NCBI GenBank assembly: GCA_963817525.1
Contig: CAWFOU010000001.1
Span: 800,001-864,000 of the forward strand
Length of the DNA stretch: 64,000 bases
Direction: 5' to 3'
Source: an uncultured archaeon
Lineage (GTDB): Archaea; Thermoproteota; Nitrososphaeria; Nitrososphaerales; Gagatemarchaeaceae
A program made the position numbers and the translations under genes. A model generated the notes under the pieces. The model ran no database searches. It was not told where the DNA came from and was given only the letters and a program-made list of their open reading frames with translations. Shown here piece after piece: positions 55,536 to 64,000 of this stretch (its first letter is position 1; each line of letters begins with the position of its first letter).

Positions 55536-56683
55536 ACGGGGAAGGTCGCGAAGGTCTGGGGCACCGGGACGCAGAGCAGGCCCACGAGCACCATGAGCGC
55601 GAAAGCTGTCTTCCTCGAGCGCGAGAGCCCCGAGATCGAGTCGAGGGTCTCGCCCTGCACGGGGAACGCGGCCATCAGGAAGACGAGGACGAAGACCACC
55701 CAGTAGTTCGGGAGGTCGACGGCCAGGAGGAGGAGGCCAGTGACGGCCGTCGTCGCGCGGCTCGCGCGCTCCCCTATAGCGAGGCGGGCCATCCTCCCTC
55801 CGTCGAAGAGGCCCGCGGGCATGGAGTTGAAGAACGCCAGCATGAGGCCGAGCCACGCCGCGATCTCGACGGGGGAGAAGACGAGCGTCCCGCCCGCCGG
55901 GACCTGGCCTAGGACCCCCAGGCTCTGGGCGAGCGAGATCACCCCGCCCTGGAGGATGCTCGGGTTGGTCTGGATGGTGGTCGTCTGGTTCCCGCTCGAG
56001 AGTGCCTGCACCTGGGCGTGCGTCAGGATGACGGACGTCCCCGCCCCGAGGAGGGAGATGGCCAGGGCGACCGCGATCATCGCGACCGCGCCGACGAGGT
56101 AAAAGTCGAAGAGCTTGTTCCTGTTCGCAGGAGGGGAGCCCGGGAAGCTCACCGAGCCGAAGGTGGGGAGGAAGTAGAGCGTCGGGAGCGTGATGAAGAG
56201 GGGGACGTTCGGCAGGTAGTAGGTGAGGAAGGAGAAGCTCCCCTTCTTCGCCGCGTACCTCTGCGCGAGGTACCTCACCCCGAAGACCGCGCCCAGCGCG
56301 GCCACAAAGCCCACCCCCATCTCCAGGGGGGAGCTCCCCGGGGAGAGGCTCGGGAATATGGAGGCGACCACGTAGCCCGTCACCAGGAGCGAGAGGAGGG
56401 TGAGGAGGAAGAGGAAGGCAGGGCCGCTGAGCCTCACCTTGAGCTGGGGCGCGGGGGGCGGGGGGTTCTTCACCACCACGAGCGTGGCGCGCTCGGGGTC
56501 GCCGTAGAGCTGTGCCGAGTATTCCGTGTTCTTCAGCCGGTCGAGGAGCCTCAGGAAGCTCTCGCCAGACTTTGCGTCGTACGCGACGCTGTACTCCGCC
56601 GCCCCCTCCTCGGCGACGAAGTAGTCCTTGACGGAGAAGAGGGACCTGACCGCGGCGTCCACGTCGGCGTTGATGGTGGACAT
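55532..56683 (-). CDS. Site-2-protease (M50)-like membrane protein lacking HExxH
   Basis: PTFGSV, NRNKLFD, AAWLG..LAFFNSMPAGLFDGG; HExxH position reads RYLAQ. Confidence 0.8.
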   Translation of the reverse strand: MSTINADVDAAVRSLFSVKDYFVAEEGAAEYSVAYDAKSGESFLRLLDRLKNTEYSAQLYGDPERATLVVVKNPPPPAPQLKVRLSGPAFLFLLTLLSLLVTGYVVASIFPSLSPGSSPLEMGVGFVAALGAVFGVRYLAQRYAAKKGSFSFLTYYLPNVPLFITLPTLYFLPTFGSVSFPGSPPANRNKLFDFYLVGAVAMIAVALAISLLGAGTSVILTHAQVQALSSGNQTTTIQTNPSILQGGVISLAQSLGVLGQVPAGGTLVFSPVEIAAWLGLMLAFFNSMPAGLFDGGRMARLAIGERASRATTAVTGLLLLAVDLPNYWVVFVLVFLMAAFPVQGETLDSISGLSRSRKTAFALMVLVGLLCVPVPQTFATFPV

Positions 56684-56783
56684 TGCCCTCTGGGGGCCTC
56701 GCGGAAATAATCGCATAAAGCCTTAGCGAAGCGCGATTCTGTGAACCTTATTTAGGACGCCAGCGTCGCGCGCAGACGGCGGA

Positions 56784-57281
56784 ATGCAGAAATCGATATT
56801 GGGCAAGGCCGGGGACTACACCGTCCGGTACGCCGAGGCCGCGGACGTACCCAGCGTGATAAACGTCAACGCCGCGACCCTCCCCGAGCACTACTCGGAC
56901 TACTTCTACTATGAGATCCTCAACGAGTTCCCCAACACCTTCATCGTCGCCGAGCTGGGCGGGCAGGTGGTGAGCTACGTGATGTGCAGGGTGGAGTACG
57001 GCCTCTCCGTCATGAAGAGGTTCGGGCTAGCGAGGAAGGGGCACATCATCTCCATCGCCACCATGGAGCCTCACAGGGGGAAGGGCGTCGGGACGACGCT
57101 CATCCAGAAGGCGATGGAAGAGATGAGGAAGGGAGGGTGCAAGGAGGTCTTCCTTGAGGTCAGGGTCACCAACGACGAGGCGGTGCGCCTCTACAGGAAG
57201 CTCAGCTTCCAGGTGACCGGGACGATGACGGGCTACTACAAGGACGGGGAGTCCGCCTACTTGATGGCGCAGCAGCTCTGA
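56784..57281 (+). CDS. Ard1/RimI N-alpha-acetyltransferase
   Basis: LPEHY, YVMCRVEYG, GHIISIA, RGKGVG, LEVRVTN, YYKDGESAY. Confidence 0.92.
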   Translation: MQKSILGKAGDYTVRYAEAADVPSVINVNAATLPEHYSDYFYYEILNEFPNTFIVAELGGQVVSYVMCRVEYGLSVMKRFGLARKGHIISIATMEPHRGKGVGTTLIQKAMEEMRKGGCKEVFLEVRVTNDEAVRLYRKLSFQVTGTMTGYYKDGESAYLMAQQL

Positions 57282-57326
57282 CCTCCAAGCCAATATAGCG
57301 CGACTGCCCCGCGGCAAGGGGAGCAC

Positions 57327-59012
57327 ATGGAGCAGACCTCCTTCAGGGAGCTCGCAGAGACGCTCGAGAAGGTGAGGCTCGCGAAGGGCAAGAACGAGAA
57401 GGTGTCGACCCTGGCTTCGCTCTTCTCCAGGCTCAAGAGCGAGGACGAGGTGGAGTACGCCGCGCGGTTCGCGGCGGGGAGGTCGACCCGGAAGGGGGCC
57501 GCCGACGAGACGCAGGTGGGGTACTCTGCGCTGATAGGGGTCCTGCGCGAGGTCACGGGCGTCACGGAGGAGGAGCTCAGGAAGAGCTACCTCAGACACG
57601 GCGACCTCAGCGAGTCCTTCGCCGACTTTATCGGGCGTAGGAGGGAGGCGACGCTCTTCGAAGGGGCCGAGGGGGGCCTGGGCATCCTCGACGTCGCGTC
57701 CACGTTCGACAGGATCACCGCCGCCCACGGGAAGGGCTCCACCGCGCTGAAGAAGGACCTCGTGAAATTCCTCCTGCTCAGGGGCGAGGGCCCGCTGGAG
57801 GCGAAGTACATCGTGAAGATACTAAGCAGGGAGATGAGGATAGGCCTCGTGGAGGGCCTGGTCGAGGCGGCAGTCGCCCAGGCCTTCGGGAAGGACACCG
57901 GGAGAGAGAGGGTGAAGGAAGCGTACCTCATCCTCGGGGACGTGGGGCTCCTCGCGCGCGAGGCGAAGGGCGGGAGGCTCGGGGAGGTCAAGATAGAGCC
58001 CATGCGCCCCACCAACTTCATGCTAGCCGAGCCCATGTCCTCTGCGGAGGAGATATCGAGCTACTTCGAGGGGCGGGCGCTCTACGCCGAGTACAAGTAC
58101 GACGGGGTGAGGGCGCAGGTGCACAAGCTCGGGGGAGAGGTCAAGATATTCTCCCGGAGGCTCGAGGAGATGACCGGGAGCTTCCCCGAAGTGGTCGAGG
58201 AGGTCGCGCGCATACCCCACAACGTGGTCCTCGACGGCGAGATAGTCGCGTTCAGGGAGGGAGAGGGGCCCCTCTCGTTCCAGCTGATCCAGAGGCGGCT
58301 GAGGAGGGCGGACGTCGAGGAGTCGAAGAGGATCGCGCCCATCCGCTACTACTGCTTCGACATCCTCTATCTGGACAGGAGCCCCATCTACAGGGAGGCC
58401 TTCAGGGCGAGGCGCGCGGCGCTCTGGGCCCTCCTCAAGGGGACGCACGTGAGGAGGGCCGACTCGAAGACCGTCCGGACGGCCAAGGAGATAGGGGAGT
58501 TCTTCAGGGAGAGCAGGTCGCTGGGATACGAGGGGCTGGTGCTGAAGGACCCGGACAGCCCCTACACGCCGGGGAGGCGGGGGAGGTTCTGGGCCAAGCT
58601 CAAGGAGGAGCTCGACACGCTGGACGTGGTGATCGTCGCCGCGGAATTCGGGCACGGCAAGCGTGCCGGGAGGATCAGCGACTATACGTTCGCGGTCAGG
58701 GACGGCGCCGGGCTCAAGGTGATCGGCAAGGCCTACTCCGGGCTCACGGACAAGGAGATCGAGGAGATGATGGCGAGGATCAAGAGGATCACCGTGGGCG
58801 AGGTGGGGTACCGGATGGCCGTGAGGCCGGAGATAGTGATCGAGGTCGCGTTCGACAGCATCCAGAGGAGCGACAGGCACGACAGCGGGTACGCGCTGAG
58901 GTTCCCGCGCATAAAGTCGATCAGGGAGGACAAGGGCGTCGCCGACATCGACACCCTCGCGAGAGTGAGGGAACTGTACGAGGGTCAGAAGGTAAAGGCG
59001 GAGCCGCTCTAG
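57327..59012 (+). CDS. lig: ATP-dependent DNA ligase
   Basis: EYKYDGVRAQVH, LDGEIV, EGLVLK, WAKLK, ALRFPR, R.DK. Confidence 0.95.
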   Translation: MEQTSFRELAETLEKVRLAKGKNEKVSTLASLFSRLKSEDEVEYAARFAAGRSTRKGAADETQVGYSALIGVLREVTGVTEEELRKSYLRHGDLSESFADFIGRRREATLFEGAEGGLGILDVASTFDRITAAHGKGSTALKKDLVKFLLLRGEGPLEAKYIVKILSREMRIGLVEGLVEAAVAQAFGKDTGRERVKEAYLILGDVGLLAREAKGGRLGEVKIEPMRPTNFMLAEPMSSAEEISSYFEGRALYAEYKYDGVRAQVHKLGGEVKIFSRRLEEMTGSFPEVVEEVARIPHNVVLDGEIVAFREGEGPLSFQLIQRRLRRADVEESKRIAPIRYYCFDILYLDRSPIYREAFRARRAALWALLKGTHVRRADSKTVRTAKEIGEFFRESRSLGYEGLVLKDPDSPYTPGRRGRFWAKLKEELDTLDVVIVAAEFGHGKRAGRISDYTFAVRDGAGLKVIGKAYSGLTDKEIEEMMARIKRITVGEVGYRMAVRPEIVIEVAFDSIQRSDRHDSGYALRFPRIKSIREDKGVADIDTLARVRELYEGQKVKAEPL

Positions 59013-59075
59013 CGTGCGACCGACCGTCCGTGTCGCCCTCGTGGGAGGTTAAATATTGCTGGCTGTTAGTTCGCC

Positions 59076-59414
59076 ATGCCGGACATGGCCGAGAAGGTCC
59101 CTGCGTGGCTCGAAAGGTTACTGCTCCCACAGATAAGCGAGCTAAAGGGAGAGGTGAAGGTGTTGGGCACGAGGATCAACAGCCTAGACGAGAAACTCTC
59201 TTCGAGGATTGATGCCCTCGACGAGAGGCTGTCCTCGAGAATCAACAGCCTAGACGAGAAGCTCTCTTCGAGGATGGATGGCTTGGACACCAAGATAGAC
59301 CTAGTCGATGAGAAGCTGAGCTCGAAGATCGATGAGCTCGACAAACGGTTTGACATGACCCAGCGCCTCGCCGTGGTCGAGGCACAGCTCAAGGAACTGC
59401 GCGCCAAGGCCTAG
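59076..59414 (+). CDS. Coiled-coil protein with 11-residue repeats
   Basis: RINSLDEKLSS / RIDALDERLSS repeats; own TATA (TTAAATA at about 59049). Confidence 0.8.
   Translation: MPDMAEKVPAWLERLLLPQISELKGEVKVLGTRINSLDEKLSSRIDALDERLSSRINSLDEKLSSRMDGLDTKIDLVDEKLSSKIDELDKRFDMTQRLAVVEAQLKELRAKA
59172..59345 (+). repeat. 33-nt intragenic tandem repeats
   Basis: AGGATCAACAGCCTAGACGAGAAACTCTCTTCG and variants. Confidence 0.85.
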
Positions 59415-59430
59415 AACGGCGTCGCCCGCT

Positions 59431-61002
59431 TCAGAACGTCAGGGCAGAGGCCGCATAAAACGCCCTCAGCTCCTTAGCCAGCGACTCATAGTCGGACACC
59501 CCTCTCCCCACGAGCGAGTCGAGGAATGCCGTTCTTCTCTCTAGCTCCGCGGAGATCCTCTTCGCAGAGTGCCCGAAGCCTTGCCCTCGCCTACCCAGGC
59601 TCGCCGAGCCTTCGCGCTGGACGACCTCGGCCTGGCGGGAGAAGACGCTCGTCCAGGTTCGGCCCGTCCCCTCGGCGGCCGGCTCGACCACGCTCTGGAC
59701 GAACCTGTGCCCGTCCTGCCCTTTCACCATGAACACGACGGCATCTATCAGCCAGAGCGAGCTCTGCGCCACGGAGAGAGGGGGCTGGGTGAGCCTCGTC
59801 GTCAGGCCCTCCGCGTTGGAGGCGTGGAAGGTGGTGAGGCACCCCGTCCCCGTCGCGGCCGCCTGGAATAGTGCCTGCACCTCCTCGCCCCTCGACTCGC
59901 CGAGGACCACAAAGTCGGGCCTCTCCCTCAGGCTGAGCTTGACCAGGTCGAAGAGAGTTACGTCGCCGCCCCCCGCGCCGTTGACGTATCGCGTGTGGAG
60001 GGGCTTCCAGCCGCCCTGGGGGAGGGTGATCTCCCTCGTGTCCTCGATGGAGAGGACCTTCCAGTTTGGGTTGAGCACCGTGGCGATGGCGTTGAGCAGA
60101 GTCGTCTTCCCGGAGGCGGTCACCCCCGCGATGACCACGAACCCCTTCATCTCGAGGAGGAGCCACAAGTACGCGGCCAGCGCCGAGTCGATGGTGCCCG
60201 CGCGGATGAGCTCGGAGACCGTGTATGGGGTGGCCCGCAGCTTCCTGATGCTGAAGGAGCTCCCGAGCGAGCTCACCTCCTTCCCCCAGGTCGCCGCGAG
60301 ACGGTAGCCCTCGGGGAGGACGCAGTCCACCACGGGAGAGGAGACTGAGAGCGAGCGCCCCGAGCGCTGGACGAGCCGGGCGACGACGCTGTTGAGCTCG
60401 TCCTGGTCGCGGAAGAGGACGTTGCTCTCCAGCCACCCGTGGGAGTTGTACCTCTTGTGCCAGACCTTGACGGGCCTCCCCGGGCCTTCGCAGGAGACGT
60501 CCTCAAGCTCCGGGTCCCTGAGAAGGGGGTCAAGGAGCGAGTACCCGAGTATCTCCCGCATGAGGTAGTGGGTCACTGCCTTGGACTCGTCCTTCTGCTC
60601 GTTGGAGCGCTCCTCGAGGAGCCCCGCCCTCTTCAGCTCCGCGAAGAGGTACCCCAGCGGGTCGACGGAGATGATGGGCGAGGGGGCGAGCCACGTCGAA
60701 AGCGAGTCGATCGCCTCCCCGACAGCGCCTGCCACGTCGGGCCGCACATAGGGCTCCTTCACGAGGTAGAAGCCCTTGCCGCCGTCGTCGTAGACGTAGA
60801 CGGCGAAGCTCGACCTGTAGGCCGCGCCCCCCGCCGACCTCAGCTCGTACTCCACAACGTAGTTCTCGACGAGCCGGCCTCCGTGGGGGGCGTCGAAGGG
60901 GATGGCCTTGAGCGCGGGCCCGGAGGCGTACCCGAGGCCCCCGGTCCTTCCCGCGAGCCGGGCGACCCCGCTAAACCGGGTAGTCCAGGCTCTTGGCTCC
61001 AA
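59431..61002 (-). CDS. Type IV pilus/archaeal secretion ATPase
   Basis: DPELEDVSCEG, FSIRK, GVTASGKTT, IEDTRE, RERPDFVVLGESRG, TTFHA. Confidence 0.92.
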   Translation of the reverse strand: MEPRAWTTRFSGVARLAGRTGGLGYASGPALKAIPFDAPHGGRLVENYVVEYELRSAGGAAYRSSFAVYVYDDGGKGFYLVKEPYVRPDVAGAVGEAIDSLSTWLAPSPIISVDPLGYLFAELKRAGLLEERSNEQKDESKAVTHYLMREILGYSLLDPLLRDPELEDVSCEGPGRPVKVWHKRYNSHGWLESNVLFRDQDELNSVVARLVQRSGRSLSVSSPVVDCVLPEGYRLAATWGKEVSSLGSSFSIRKLRATPYTVSELIRAGTIDSALAAYLWLLLEMKGFVVIAGVTASGKTTLLNAIATVLNPNWKVLSIEDTREITLPQGGWKPLHTRYVNGAGGGDVTLFDLVKLSLRERPDFVVLGESRGEEVQALFQAAATGTGCLTTFHASNAEGLTTRLTQPPLSVAQSSLWLIDAVVFMVKGQDGHRFVQSVVEPAAEGTGRTWTSVFSRQAEVVQREGSASLGRRGQGFGHSAKRISAELERRTAFLDSLVGRGVSDYESLAKELRAFYAASALTF

Positions 61003-61384
61003 ATACTATGCTCACCTCTCCCTTCTGACCGGGCGGCACGGAGATCGCGCAGACCTTGCCGGGCTCGAGCACCCCCGCGCAGCTCGACGACCATTTCACC
61101 AGCCCGCCGTTGAGGTATGCGGCCGTGAGCGTCCCCTGCACCCACCCATAGTCGTAGACCCACGCGTAGGAGCCGCTGGAGTTCGACTGGACTGCGACGA
61201 GAGCCAGCAAGAGCCCATCCTCCCGCGCGGCGCCTTGCGAGCTCGAGGAGAGAAGGCCTCCGGAGCTTCGGATCGAGCCGAGGGCGACGACACCGATAGC
61301 CCCGAGGAGGGCAATCGTTATCATCAGGACCAAGAGCGAGGAGACGAGCTCGCTCACCCCTCGCCTGCGCCTAGAGCGCGACGT
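60971..61384 (-). CDS. Pilin-like protein (class III signal; start proposed at ACG 61384)
   Basis: SRSRRRRG|VSELVSSLLVLMITIALLG. Confidence 0.75.
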   Translation of the reverse strand, partial: TSRSRRRRGVSELVSSLLVLMITIALLGAIGVVALGSIRSSGGLLSSSSQGAAREDGLLLALVAVQSNSSGSYAWVYDYGWVQGTLTAAYLNGGLVKWSSSCAGVLEPGKVCAISVPPGQKGEVSIVFGAKSLDYPV

Positions 61385-62009
61385 CGTCGAACCCCCCGCT
61401 CGATGTGACCAGGAGACTGTGAGAGCCCCCTCCGCTGGGAAAGTAGATGGTGAACGCGGTGCCCGATAGCGCCCCCGCCGCAGGGATTGAGGAAAGGACC
61501 TGTGACGAAGGGATCCAAGGGCCCTGGACGGCCACGCCCCCGGGGAGGGTCAGCGTGCAGGAGGTCCCGCTCTGTATCATCACCTCCTGCCAGCCTGACG
61601 AGACGGAGGCCTGTGCGCCGAGCATCCCTGCAACCCACGCCTGCCCGTTTGTGGCCACCTGGAGCGTGCCTACCTGGGGCGAGAGGACGGAGAAGAACGT
61701 GGTCTCGCCGGCTTCGCATAGAGATGTCGTCGTCGAGTAGGCCGACCCGTTGAAGGCGAGGACGCCGTCGGCGGAGCTCGCCTCGTCCAGCGCCAGCGAG
61801 GTGAGCGTGGTCGCGGAGGAGGAGTTGACCTCGAGGCGCTCGATGGCGGGCGTCCCGCCCAGCAGCGTTAGCGTGTTGGCGAAGAGCGGCTGCGGGTCCA
61901 GGGTGGACTCGCGCCTCAGGCCGTCGTAGAGGACCGAGGCGAGGGAGAGGGAGATGACCACGAGCACGACGGTCGCCTCGTACTGCGCGATCGCTGGGCG
62001 GCTCTTCAT
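61371..62009 (-). CDS. Pilin-like protein
   Basis: MKSRPA|IAQYEATVVLVVISL with Glu at +5. Confidence 0.8.
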   Translation of the reverse strand: MKSRPAIAQYEATVVLVVISLSLASVLYDGLRRESTLDPQPLFANTLTLLGGTPAIERLEVNSSSATTLTSLALDEASSADGVLAFNGSAYSTTTSLCEAGETTFFSVLSPQVGTLQVATNGQAWVAGMLGAQASVSSGWQEVMIQSGTSCTLTLPGGVAVQGPWIPSSQVLSSIPAAGALSGTAFTIYFPSGGGSHSLLVTSSGGFDDVAL

Positions 62010-62017
62010 TTCGCAGC

Positions 62018-62464
62018 TCAGGCCTGGATGTTGAAAGCCTTGGCCACGGAGTTGCTCACCACGGTCACCGTGAACGTCGAGAAGGTCGGGACTTGGAAGT
62101 TTGTCTTGACTTCGGCCGTGAGCGAGTCGCCGGGCTGCATTGTCGAGCTCCCCGACGTCGTGGAGAGGACGGTGACGTTCCCGCCGGCCGCGTCCTTGAA
62201 CGCGTTCGAGGAGGTCCCGTAGCTGACGTCTATCGCGAGTAGGGTGACCGGGATGTTGCCGTCGTTCTTGATGTCAAGGGTCATCGTCTCCCCGTCGGGG
62301 GCGACGTTGCTGTCGAGCAGGGTCACGGAGGGGTCCTGGATCTCCGAGACAACCATCTGCCTGAACGTGGTGTAGAGTATCCCGCCGATCATCAGCGTTA
62401 TCACGACGAGTATCACCGTCGCGAGGAACGGGCTGATACCGTTCCGCTTGCTCTGGAGCTTCAT
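62018..62464 (-). CDS. Archaeal type IV pilin (probable major pilin)
   Basis: KRNG|ISPFLATVILVVIT, IKNDGN.PV, PGDS. Confidence 0.88.
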   Translation of the reverse strand: MKLQSKRNGISPFLATVILVVITLMIGGILYTTFRQMVVSEIQDPSVTLLDSNVAPDGETMTLDIKNDGNIPVTLLAIDVSYGTSSNAFKDAAGGNVTVLSTTSGSSTMQPGDSLTAEVKTNFQVPTFSTFTVTVVSNSVAKAFNIQA

Positions 62465-62504
62465 CCACACTGAACTGTGCTGCGGTATTTATCCGCCCCC
62501 GCGC

Positions 62505-63998
62505 TCAGACGACGCCGAACGCGAAGAGGGAGACCAGCGTGGAGGCCATCAGGATGGGCAGCGCTACCTCGTGCCTCACGGTCTGCGTCAGGAGCTTCGA
62601 CAGCAGCACCCCGCACAGCACTGAGACGGTCGAGACCGAGAGTATGAGTGATGCCTGCGAGGCCTGGACGGTGAAGAGCGGGAGGCCTATCGGGACGCCC
62701 TGCTGCGCGAACCCCGCGAGGAAGGTTATCGAGGCCACGGAGATCACGGGGACTATCGCGCCCACGAGCACAAAGGGTATCATCGACTGGGTCACGCTCT
62801 TCCTCGCTTCGGCCACGCGCCTGAAGAGCGACGACAGCTCCTCCAGGTGCTCGAAGCCCGCACCCGTCTCGAACGCGATCGAGAGTATCCCGAACCCCAG
62901 CCTGACCAGCCACGAGGGGTGGGTCACCCTTCGCTGGGCCTCCGTGGGGGTGAGCCCGAGCCTCGTTGACTGGTAGAAGGCGAGGACCGGCTCCTTTATC
63001 GAGACGAACGACTCGGCCCGCGCACTGAGCTTGGAGAGTGCCTCCGGGAGGCTCACCCCAGCTCGGCTCTCCTCCGCCAGGTCGTGGAGCATCGCGCTCA
63101 CCTCCTCCTCGCCCCTCCTAATCGCGGAGTAGTGCTTCCTGGTCTCGTAGAATCCGAGGAGCGAGACCGCGAGGGGAACGACGATGTACTCGCGCGCCCC
63201 GAGCATCCCCGCCTGGAACGCGAGCGTGGCGCCGCCCCACCCGGCGAGCGAGATAGCCAGCCACAGCGCCGAGGGCGGGCGGTCGTAGACCATCGGCTGG
63301 ATCGCGTCGGTCATGACGAGGAAGACCACCGCCGCCACCACAAGGAACGCGAAGGAGACGAGGAAGAGGTACGAGGAGGCGAACCCCGAGACCGCGGCCC
63401 CGACCATCTCGAGGCCCACCGGGAAGAGCGCGAGGAGGATGAAGGTCACCTCCGCCAACGAGCCCACCGAGACGCTGAACGAGGACCAGGCCTGCTCGAG
63501 CTTCTGGATCTGGAACGCCGTCTCCTGCCTGACGAACTCTCCCACGTCCCGCCCAGTGGCGAGCGTCTTGAGGAACCCCTGGACGAAGGCCCTCACCCTC
63601 GCGCTTGGGTGCCCCGCGAACGCCTTCTCCGCCACCGCCGCTGGGGAGCCCGAGACGAAGGCGTCGTCCCTCGCGAGGAGCTCGCCTTCCTTGGTGAATG
63701 CGGGGAAGACGCGCGCCCCGATGGCGGAGACCCGCTTGAACCCCTCCTGCAGCGTCGGGTTCGCCTGGTGGACGAAGACAGAGAGGGTCATCAGGAAGAA
63801 GGGAAGCTCGGCGTCGGCAGCCTTCCTGCGCGAGTTCGCGCGCGAGAAGAGCACCACCAGCGGCATGACCTGCACCATGGCGAGGGCGCCCAGTATGAGG
63901 GCCGCCTGGTCGAAGGGGAGGAGAAGGAGCGCGAGCGCCTCCGCGGGCGCGGGGAAGACGAGCGATGAGACGACGAACCTCGAGTACGTCCTCGGGGA
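62505..63998 (-). CDS. TadC/T2SS-F-like membrane platform protein (5' end beyond window)
   Basis: Two T2SSF-like repeats (DAELPFFL..; LHDLAEESRAGVSLPEAL), many TMs; frame open to the window edge. Confidence 0.85.
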   Translation of the reverse strand, partial: SPRTYSRFVVSSLVFPAPAEALALLLLPFDQAALILGALAMVQVMPLVVLFSRANSRRKAADAELPFFLMTLSVFVHQANPTLQEGFKRVSAIGARVFPAFTKEGELLARDDAFVSGSPAAVAEKAFAGHPSARVRAFVQGFLKTLATGRDVGEFVRQETAFQIQKLEQAWSSFSVSVGSLAEVTFILLALFPVGLEMVGAAVSGFASSYLFLVSFAFLVVAAVVFLVMTDAIQPMVYDRPPSALWLAISLAGWGGATLAFQAGMLGAREYIVVPLAVSLLGFYETRKHYSAIRRGEEEVSAMLHDLAEESRAGVSLPEALSKLSARAESFVSIKEPVLAFYQSTRLGLTPTEAQRRVTHPSWLVRLGFGILSIAFETGAGFEHLEELSSLFRRVAEARKSVTQSMIPFVLVGAIVPVISVASITFLAGFAQQGVPIGLPLFTVQASQASLILSVSTVSVLCGVLLSKLLTQTVRHEVALPILMASTLVSLFAFGVV

Positions 63999-64000
63999 GA

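Noticed and set aside
4240-63968. Many long Arg/Gly/Pro-rich alternative-frame ORFs
   Set aside because: Expected shadow ORFs in high-GC DNA overlapping well-supported genes.

Overview
High-GC archaeal chromosomal segment, most consistent with a non-ammonia-oxidising Nitrososphaerota (Thaumarchaeota) lineage. Supporting markers are TBP, CDC48 ending in YYR, class I LysRS, ABCE1, ATP-dependent ligase, an intron-containing tRNA and TATA-led, often leaderless genes; the taxonomy is inference. Mostly housekeeping: galU, thiI, M1 aminopeptidase, tldD/pmbA, pstSCAB-phoU, an oligopeptide ABC system, surE, pyrE, lig and a type IV pilus locus running off the right end. Notable items: (1) a bacterial-style folate cluster (folP, folK, folB) with a CADD/CT610-type putative pABA synthase; (2) an unannotated dual-guide box C/D sRNA at 43075-43139 whose guides fit 23S rRNA H69/H71; (3) tRNA-Arg(GCG) with a non-canonical 29/30 intron beside a VapBC module and degenerate att-like copies; (4) uncharacterised surface proteins, including two paralogues with class III-like signal peptides; (5) a lower-GC island with a Ser/Thr tandem-repeat surface protein and a TnpB remnant; (6) an internally deleted IS5 between divergent opp promoters; (7) apparent frameshifts in TBP and signal peptidase I, and three genes lacking a canonical start, which may be biology or assembly indels; (8) two adjacent apparent pseudo-enzymes (LarA-like, site-2-protease-like). 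All family calls come from motif recognition by eye; no database searches were run.
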